Assembly: GCA_041390745.1 (NCBI GenBank)
Contig: JAWKPJ010000001.1
Span: forward strand, 355,322-419,321
Direction: 5' to 3'
Length of the DNA: 64,000 bases
DNA from: Thermomicrobiales bacterium
Lineage (GTDB): Bacteria; Chloroflexota; Chloroflexia; Thermomicrobiales; UBA6265
Of the stretch, positions 56,703 through 64,000 are shown piece by piece. The notes beneath the pieces were generated by a model. It saw nothing but the letters and a program-made list of their open reading frames with translations, did not search any database and had not been told where the DNA came from. Every line of letters starts with the position of its first letter. Position 1 is the stretch's first letter. The position numbers and the translations under genes are program-made.

Positions 56703-57641
56703 TTATAAACCGAGCGACGCCAGGTACTCGCGGTTGCGCCGCGCGCTCTCCTTCGGGGTGCCCATGCCCGGCAGCACGTCCTGCTCCACCACGGACCAGC
56801 CATCGTAGCCGTGGTTATGCAGCCAGGCCACCACGCCGGGGAAGTCCACGCCGCCCTGCCCCAGTTCGGAGAAGACCCCTTGTTTGATCGACTCAACGTA
56901 GTTCCAGCCCTGCTCGCGCGACTCTCGCGCGATGCCGGGGTGACAGTCCTTGAAATGGATGTACCAGATGCGGTCCGCCCAGCGGTCCATCGCCTCCAGC
57001 ACCGTCGGGCCATTGTCGCCTGCCCCGAAGGAGTAGTGTCCGGTATCGAAGACGATGCCTACCACCTCGGGGTCCGTTTCCGCGAGCAGCCGGTCGATCT
57101 CCCACGGCGTCTCCACCCAGCCAGCAGAGTGCGGGTGAAAGACAGAGCGCAACCCTGTCTCCTCGCGCACCGCGCGCGCCACGTGCTCCACGCGCTGCGC
57201 GTACCCCGCCCACTCGTGGTCGGGCAGGCTCAACTCGGGTGTGATCCGGCCCGCATTCAGGCTGCGCACCGGGTCCGTGCCGTTGACATCCGCGATGACC
57301 AGGAAGGGCCCCTTGCTGCGATCCTGGTCGGGAGCCACCGCTGCCAGCAGGCGCGCCACGGTCAGGGCCTGGGCCAGGTCCGCTTCGAATGCCTCTCCGC
57401 CCTCGCGCAGGTGATGCGCGACGTACGCGCCCAGCATCGCCAGGTTGCGCGCATCCAGCTCCGCCCGCAGGGCCTCCGGATCGGTCGGGTAGAACCCGTA
57501 GTCCCCCAACTCCGTCCCGGCGTAGCCGGTCTCGGCGATCTCATCCATCACCTGCTTGTAGCCGTGGTCATCCTCTCCGAACCCGGCAAACATGATGGCG
57601 CCCCAGGAAACGGGCGCATTGGCAACACGAATTGGCGACAT
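56703..57641 (-). CDS. Sugar phosphate isomerase/epimerase (xylose-isomerase-like TIM barrel; IolE/inosose-dehydratase-like)
   Basis: 312 aa AP_endonuc_2-type TIM barrel: ...GYAGTELGDYGF...VFHPHSAGWVETPWEI...IVFDTGHYSFGAGDN...WYIHFKDCHPG... Confidence 0.8.
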   Translation of the reverse strand: MSPIRVANAPVSWGAIMFAGFGEDDHGYKQVMDEIAETGYAGTELGDYGFYPTDPEALRAELDARNLAMLGAYVAHHLREGGEAFEADLAQALTVARLLAAVAPDQDRSKGPFLVIADVNGTDPVRSLNAGRITPELSLPDHEWAGYAQRVEHVARAVREETGLRSVFHPHSAGWVETPWEIDRLLAETDPEVVGIVFDTGHYSFGAGDNGPTVLEAMDRWADRIWYIHFKDCHPGIARESREQGWNYVESIKQGVFSELGQGGVDFPGVVAWLHNHGYDGWSVVEQDVLPGMGTPKESARRNREYLASLGL

Positions 57642-57682
57642 GGCTCCGCTGCTTCCTCACCTGCCGGCCTTCCGGCACTGCA

Positions 57683-58623
<941 letters not shown>

Positions 58624-58627
<4 letters not shown>

Positions 58628-59693
58628 CCGCGAACTCCCAACGCGCGCTGGCGCACGTAGCGGTTGACCAGCACCGCAATCAGCAGCATGGCTCCGAGGA
58701 CGGCGGAGACCCAGTCGGCATCGATGCCGGCGAACACCACGCCCTGGCGCACCATGCCGTAGATCAGCGCGCCAAGCACCGCGCCAACCACGGTGCCATA
58801 CCCACCGGTCAGCAGCACCCCGCCGATGACTGCCGCGATGATGGCGTAGAACTCGCGCTGCTCGCCGCGCAGCACATCGGCGCTGCGGGAGTTGGTGACC
58901 TCGATCATGGCGACCAGCCAGGCCGCTGCAGCCGTCGTCATGAAGAGCGAGATCTTGACCCGATCCACCGGCACGCCAACCATGCGCGCCGCGATGGCAT
59001 TTCCACCAACGGCAAAGATCCAGTTTCCAAACTTGGTCCGCATCAAGACCCACGAGCCAGCCGCCGCGACCACCAGCCACCAGATGATGGAGATGGGGAA
59101 CGCCGCGCCCATGAACGGGATATCCGTCGCAAACACCGCCGCCGCAGAATCGAACCCGGGCAGCTTCTGCAAGCCGCCTACCTGGGTGCGGCCGGTAATC
59201 AACCGCGTCATGCCAACGGTCACGCCTCGAATAATGAACAGGGACGCCAACGTCACGATGAATGACGGCAAACCTGTCCGCAGGACAACCAGACCATTCA
59301 GGAAACCCATGACTAACGCAAAGATGAGGGCCGCGACCACACCCCACCAGAAACTGACGCCGAACTCCGTCGGGATCAACGCGGCAATGACGCTGCATGC
59401 CCCGATCATTGAGCCGACAGAGAGATCGAACTCGCCGGCAATCATCAACAGCGCCACGGCCACGGCCAGGATGCCGAGCTGCGCCGCCACTTCCAGGTAG
59501 GTCGCCGTGCCGCGCCAGGAGACGAACTCCCCCGGTTCCAGGCCAGCGCGGCGAACACGCCCCAGACGATGATTGCGCCGAAGATCGCGCCCACTTCTGG
59601 CCGCAGCAGGAAGCGCCGCCAGACGGGAATCTCCTTGCTGCGGGCTGCGGTGCGAATGCTGCCCGGTTCCTGCGAGGTAGCTGTCGCCGACAT
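58624..59693 (-). CDS. Monosaccharide (CUT2, RbsC/XylH-like) ABC transporter permease, single-base frameshift near the 5' end
   Basis: N-terminus [10 protein letters not shown]...[34 protein letters not shown] is in one frame and the body ([23 protein letters not shown]...GEFDLSVGS...) in another. Restoring one G in the G5 run (C5 on + strand, about 59529-59533) gives a continuous ...[14 protein letters not shown].... Confidence 0.75.
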
Positions 59694-59775
59694 GTGGCTC
59701 GCTTTCGGTGGAGGGAACAGGAGGAGGGGTGGAGTGGGCGGGAACAGCGCCGGCCATTCCCGCCCGGGTCAGACG

Positions 59776-60744
59776 CTAGCGGGTGCCAGCTTCGGCGAGC
59801 GCAATCACGCGCTCAGCGTTGTCCTGCGTCACGAAGCCAGGACCAGTCATGATGACCGGATTGGCGACGGTGTTCAGGTTCCGGTTGTACAGCGTCAACA
59901 GCACGACCGGCAGGTACCCCTGCAGGTACTGCTGCTGGTCGATGGCAAAGAGCATGTTGCCGTCGCGGATCGCTTCCAGGACCTCGGGAGAGAGGTCGAA
60001 GGTCGCGAGCATAACCTCGCCAGTCTTGCCCATTGCATCGAGAGCGGCCATGGCCGGCGCGGCGCCGGTCGGGCCCAGAGTGAAGACCGCGTTGATTTCC
60101 GGATCAGCGGTCAGCGCGGCTTCAATCGCCTGCTGCGCCCCGGTGGGATCGGAAATCTCGACGGCGAGCACCTCAACGGAACCGCCTGCTTCGGTCATGG
60201 CGTCGGTGAAGCCGCGGCAGCGGTCATCGAGCGCCGAGTTGCCGATTTCCTGGTTCACGCAGAGCGCCTTGGTCGCGCCGGCTTCCGCCATGCGCTGCCC
60301 ACCGCCCAGGCCAGCCTCGTATTCGGTCTGGCCAACGTGGTTCATGATTCCCAGGCTGGCCGCCACCTCGGAACCGGAGTTCATGGAGATGACCGGGATG
60401 CCAGCAGCAACCGCAGCCTCAATAGAAGGGCCGAGGGCCTCGGCATCGGGGATGGAGACGACGAGGCCATCCGGGTCAGACGCTACGGCAGCATCGATCA
60501 ACTGGGCCATGGCCACCATATCGAAGGTGCCCGGGGCCTGATACTCCACCGTGACGCCCATATCCTCAGCGGCCTGGGCAGCGCCATTCTGGACTACCGA
60601 CCAGAAGGGGTCAGACGCCTGACCGTGGGAGACGACGACGATGCGAATGTCGTCATCCTGCGCGGCGGCCTGGCCAACAAAGACGCTCAGCCCAGAGAGC
60701 GCCACCAGGGACAGCACCGCGAACAATCGGAAGAATCGACTCAT
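59776..60744 (-). CDS. Sugar ABC transporter periplasmic substrate-binding protein (RbsB-like, periplasmic binding protein family 1)
   Basis: GGAGGT RBS then ATG MSRFFRL. Signal peptide, then an RbsB/LacI-type fold ([32 protein letters not shown]...). Confidence 0.85.
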   Translation of the reverse strand: MSRFFRLFAVLSLVALSGLSVFVGQAAAQDDDIRIVVVSHGQASDPFWSVVQNGAAQAAEDMGVTVEYQAPGTFDMVAMAQLIDAAVASDPDGLVVSIPDAEALGPSIEAAVAAGIPVISMNSGSEVAASLGIMNHVGQTEYEAGLGGGQRMAEAGATKALCVNQEIGNSALDDRCRGFTDAMTEAGGSVEVLAVEISDPTGAQQAIEAALTADPEINAVFTLGPTGAAPAMAALDAMGKTGEVMLATFDLSPEVLEAIRDGNMLFAIDQQQYLQGYLPVVLLTLYNRNLNTVANPVIMTGPGFVTQDNAERVIALAEAGTR

Positions 60745-61258
60745 GGGTACCTCCGCATGCATTGCGTAGCCGGATCTCCCACGATCCGGCAGGCGCCATT
60801 ACGGCAGTCGTCAGGAGTGCGGGCCTCCTTCCCCGTGCGCGCTGTCCGGGCCACCTTCGCCCCGGGCGCTTCCCTGCATGGACGGCTCGCTGCATCGTTG
60901 CGCGCGGCAAGGCACGGCGTGCCAGATTCCGCGGCCAGTTCAGAGCTTATGCAGCATAGCGCACGCAGGATTGACGCGGCTACGAAGGCCTCGGCGGACT
61001 GGTTGACCGGTCAATATCACGACTTGACAGACGTGATGGTGATGTTAGGATCACATTGCCTGAGCCTCGGAATAATGACGCTATGCGGTGACGTTGACAC
61101 ACTGCCCCGCATGCGGTGCGCAGATGCCGCTCCGGACCACGGCCTCGCTTGCCGCCCCGAGCCGCCAACTGCTCTATTCCCGGAGCCAGGGCTGGCGCGG
61201 CGTCGCGCCGACTCCTACCGGCGTGGATTCGCTCGGAACGACAAGGAGCAGGCCAACG

Positions 61259-62836
61259 ATGGCTCGGAACAACGACTGGTTCGCGCGTCGATCTCTGGCA
61301 ACCGCGCAGGCTCGCCTGCACCGCCGCCAGTTGCTGCAGGGCGCGGCAGGAGCGATGGCGCTCCCGCTCGCCTCGCGCCTGGCGCCCGCGCAAGCCGCCC
61401 CATTCTCCAACCTCAGCAACCCCGCTGCCGTGGCAGCAGCGCAACGCGTGCTTCAGGAAACAGGTGACTCTGCCGAAGCCGCCGTGGCAGCAGCCCAGCA
61501 ATACTCCGGGGTGACGCTCAACTACCTGTCAGAAGCAGGCCTGATGGCCGAGGGACCCAAAGTCTTCTCCGGACCGAAATGGCAGGAACTGACCGGCATA
61601 ACGGTCAATGTTGTGGACAAGCCGTTCCCGGAGCTCTTCCCGACAATGGTGCAGGAGCATATCGCGGGCACTGGCGCGCTCGATGTGCTGGACGTTGTGC
61701 CTGCCTGGATGGCCGATGTCGTCACCCAGGGCATCGTGGAGCCGCTCCAGCCGTACATTGACAAATACATGAACCCGGCAGACCTGGAGGACTTCCACCC
61801 GGTTTACCGCAACCTGATGAACTATGCCGGCAATATCTACGGGCTTTTTGATGATGGCGACACCTTCCTCCTCTATTACCGCCGCGACCTGTTCGACAAC
61901 CCGGAGTACCAGGCGGCATTCGAGGAGCAGTTCGGTCGTCCTCTGGCTCCGCCCGCAACCTGGGAGGAGTACGACGAGGTCCAGGGCTTCTTCACTGAGA
62001 AGGGTGGCGGCGAGTTCTGGGGCGGCGCCAGCCAGCGCAACCCGCTGCAGGTCTATCACTGGTTCATGATCGAGTTCCGAGTCAAGGGCGGCAAGTTCTT
62101 CGACGAAGAAACGATGGACGCCACGCTCGATTCGCAGGCCGGCATCGACACACTGAACCGTATGCTTGCCTCCAACAAGAGCATGCCGCCGGGCGTCGAG
62201 GAATGGGACTTCACCAAGGTCTTCGAGAACTGGATGGAAGGCCGCCTCGCCATGGTTGGCGGAACGTGGCCGCCCTTCGGCCGCTTCTCGGAGCGCTACG
62301 GCGCGGACACTGTCCAGATGGAGTGGCTGCCACCCTCCCAGGTCGCGGACAACGTTAGCTACGCCGGGCTCCCGGGCGGTTACAGCTCCCTGGCCTCCGC
62401 CTTCATGCTTTGCGTGTCAGCGGACAGCGCCAACAAGGACGCTGCCTACCTCTTTGCGCAGTGGATGAACAGCCCCACCATCAGCCTGGAACGCGTCATG
62501 CTCCCCTACACGCTGCGCGATCCGTTCCGGCTCAGCCACTACAGTTCAGAGGCGTACCGCGCGCTCTGGGCCAACGCTGGCGAATACCTGGACATGCTGC
62601 AATCGCAGACCGACACTGCGCTGCTCGACATCATCATGCCCGGTTCGCAGGAGTACCACACCGCCATCGAGCAGATGTGGGGCGCGGCCCAGGGCGGCAC
62701 GGCGCCAGAGCAGGCCGCCGCCGACGCCAACGCGGCGTTCAACGCCATCACGGACCGCATTGGCCGGGATGCGCAGCGCACCGCCTACCAGGAGTACCTG
62801 AAGCTCGGGAACGTCTACCCGGACACATCGGCCTAG
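61259..62836 (+). CDS. ABC transporter substrate-binding protein (large family-1 sugar/oligosaccharide SBP), Tat signal
   Basis: ARRSLATAQARLHRRQLLQGAAGAMALPLAS twin-arginine signal; about 525-aa mature SBP. Followed by MalF/MalG-type permeases. Confidence 0.85.
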   Translation: MARNNDWFARRSLATAQARLHRRQLLQGAAGAMALPLASRLAPAQAAPFSNLSNPAAVAAAQRVLQETGDSAEAAVAAAQQYSGVTLNYLSEAGLMAEGPKVFSGPKWQELTGITVNVVDKPFPELFPTMVQEHIAGTGALDVLDVVPAWMADVVTQGIVEPLQPYIDKYMNPADLEDFHPVYRNLMNYAGNIYGLFDDGDTFLLYYRRDLFDNPEYQAAFEEQFGRPLAPPATWEEYDEVQGFFTEKGGGEFWGGASQRNPLQVYHWFMIEFRVKGGKFFDEETMDATLDSQAGIDTLNRMLASNKSMPPGVEEWDFTKVFENWMEGRLAMVGGTWPPFGRFSERYGADTVQMEWLPPSQVADNVSYAGLPGGYSSLASAFMLCVSADSANKDAAYLFAQWMNSPTISLERVMLPYTLRDPFRLSHYSSEAYRALWANAGEYLDMLQSQTDTALLDIIMPGSQEYHTAIEQMWGAAQGGTAPEQAAADANAAFNAITDRIGRDAQRTAYQEYLKLGNVYPDTSA

Positions 62837-63051
62837 CACGCCGGCTGCGCTGTGTCGTCGCGTACCGAATGGTGTTCCGAGCTTCTCGAGGGATCTCGTA
62901 CGCCCTATGGAATGGGGCGGGGCATTGTCCTTTGAAGAGCTTGCCACGACACGGCGGCTGCCTGGCGCGGTAGACCACGTGCGCGGAGTACGAGCCACCG
63001 TGCTCCGCGCCTCCTTCGCCGTTTCGCCTCATCCGCCATCAGGAGCGTGTT

Positions 63052-63963
63052 TTGAGCAGTACGGAACGCGGCACCTCGACCGGTCTCGCGGCGCGAGACC
63101 GGCGCGCTGGCTGGCTGATGGCAGCGCCGACGCTGTTCGCCATCCTGGCCCTCAGCATCTTCCCCCTGCTCTATTCCCTTTCACTCAGTTTCCAGCGGCG
63201 TGACCTGCAACACCCGAACGACGACCAGTTTCTCGGGCTTGCCAACTACGCGGCGGGCCTACTCGACTCGCGCGTGCACACCGCCATGTTCAACACCATC
63301 TTGCTGGTGGTCGTGGGCATTGCGCTGCAGTTCCTGATCGGGCTGGGGCTGGCGCTGGTAGTGGTCGATGAGTTGCGCGGTCGCCGCTTCTTCATTCCGC
63401 TCCTGATGCTCCCGGTGATGATGACCCCGGTGGTGGCAGCGCTTGGCTGGCGCCTCCTCTGGGACAGCCAGTACGGCGCGGTCAACCACTTCCTGGCGTT
63501 CATTTTGCGGCGTGATGTCGATATCGTATGGCTCACGAATCGCTGGACGGCGCTCTTCGCCATTCTGGTCACAGATGTCTGGCAGTGGACGCCCTTCATG
63601 TTCCTCATTCTGCTGGCCGGGCTCGCCTCGCTCAATCCGGAACACTACGAGGCGGCAGCGCTGGACGGCGCTGGCTGGTGGCAACAGCTTTGGGCCATCA
63701 CCCTGCCGGGGTTGGCCCCGGTTATTGCTGTGGCTGTCCTCTTCCGGACCATGGATGCCTTCAAGATCTTTGACCAGATCTTCATGCTGACCCAGGGCCA
63801 GCCGGGTACCTCAACCGAAACCATCTCCTGGTACATCTATCAGGTCGGCTACAAGTTCTTCAATATGGGTTATGCCTCGGCCATTTCCTATCTTCTGTTG
63901 ATCTTCCTTTCGCTCGTTGGCACTGTCTACGTTTCCCGCTTCCTGCGTGAGGAGCCCCTGTGA
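63052..63963 (+). CDS. Sugar ABC transporter permease (MalF/UgpA-type)
   Basis: BPD_transp_1 with ...AAALDGAGWWQQLWAITLPGLAPVIAVAVLFRTMDAFKIFDQIFMLT. Confidence 0.9.
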   Translation: MSSTERGTSTGLAARDRRAGWLMAAPTLFAILALSIFPLLYSLSLSFQRRDLQHPNDDQFLGLANYAAGLLDSRVHTAMFNTILLVVVGIALQFLIGLGLALVVVDELRGRRFFIPLLMLPVMMTPVVAALGWRLLWDSQYGAVNHFLAFILRRDVDIVWLTNRWTALFAILVTDVWQWTPFMFLILLAGLASLNPEHYEAAALDGAGWWQQLWAITLPGLAPVIAVAVLFRTMDAFKIFDQIFMLTQGQPGTSTETISWYIYQVGYKFFNMGYASAISYLLLIFLSLVGTVYVSRFLREEPL

Positions 63964-64000
63964 GCGCGCTCGCCCCGACGGCATCCACCTCTGCATCAAC
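63960..64000 (+). CDS. Probable second sugar ABC permease (MalG-type), 3'-truncated at window end
   Basis: GTG overlaps the upstream stop (GTGA). Only 13 codons are visible; assignment is by operon context. Confidence 0.4.
   Translation, partial: MSALAPTASTSAS

Overview
This is a high-GC (about 68-70%) bacterial chromosomal segment. By composition and gene content it could be Chloroflexota/Thermomicrobia-like or actinobacterial, but that is inference only. I see no rRNA, tRNA or CRISPR. About 55 protein-coding genes are supportable.

Gene content, start to end:
- 5'-truncated AI-2E transporter.
- Two DinB-like proteins.
- GntR regulator.
- Two large paralogous STAND (NB-ARC-like ATPase + TPR) regulators, one LuxR-type on + and one XRE-HTH-type on -.
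- Two MFS transporters.
- DadA-like FAD oxidoreductase.
- Three GNAT acetyltransferases.
- Membrane M28 peptidase.
- MutS.
- Class IV aminotransferase plus M19 dipeptidase.
- PPP-family phosphoesterase.
- A translationally coupled four-gene operon (arylamine N-acetyltransferase, FMN reductase, F420-type nitroreductase, VOC/glyoxalase).
- Pyruvate kinase.
- NfeD-like/flotillin pair (yqiJK-like).
- Opu-type osmoprotectant ABC operon.
- Copper/cytochrome-oxidase biogenesis cluster: SCO, PCuAC, cupredoxin-like protein, TlpA-CcdA fusion, Tat-secreted BNR-repeat protein.
- HAD-II dehalogenase.
- AraC regulator.
- PHP phosphoesterase.
- Two tandem paralogous genes with a divergent type I PRTase motif, followed by membrane proteins.
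- Three sugar ABC systems (two CUT1-like, one CUT2-like).
- AAC(6')-like GNAT.
- Sugar-phosphate isomerase.

Unusual features:
- A family of palindromic MITE/REP-like intergenic repeats, at least four copies. It shares GTGTCTCGAG / CGAGGTCTC / CTCAAGACACG cores. One copy is a perfect 30-bp-stem hairpin.
- A conserved CCCGTAG-rich structured leader upstream of each putative PRTase paralog.
- Several genes with frameshifts, mostly at G/C homopolymers: threonine/serine-dehydratase-like, TrxR-like, Rrf2, PCuAC and a sugar permease. Large genes such as MutS and the STAND regulators are intact.
- Many start/stop overlaps (ATGA/GTGA) consistent with translational coupling.
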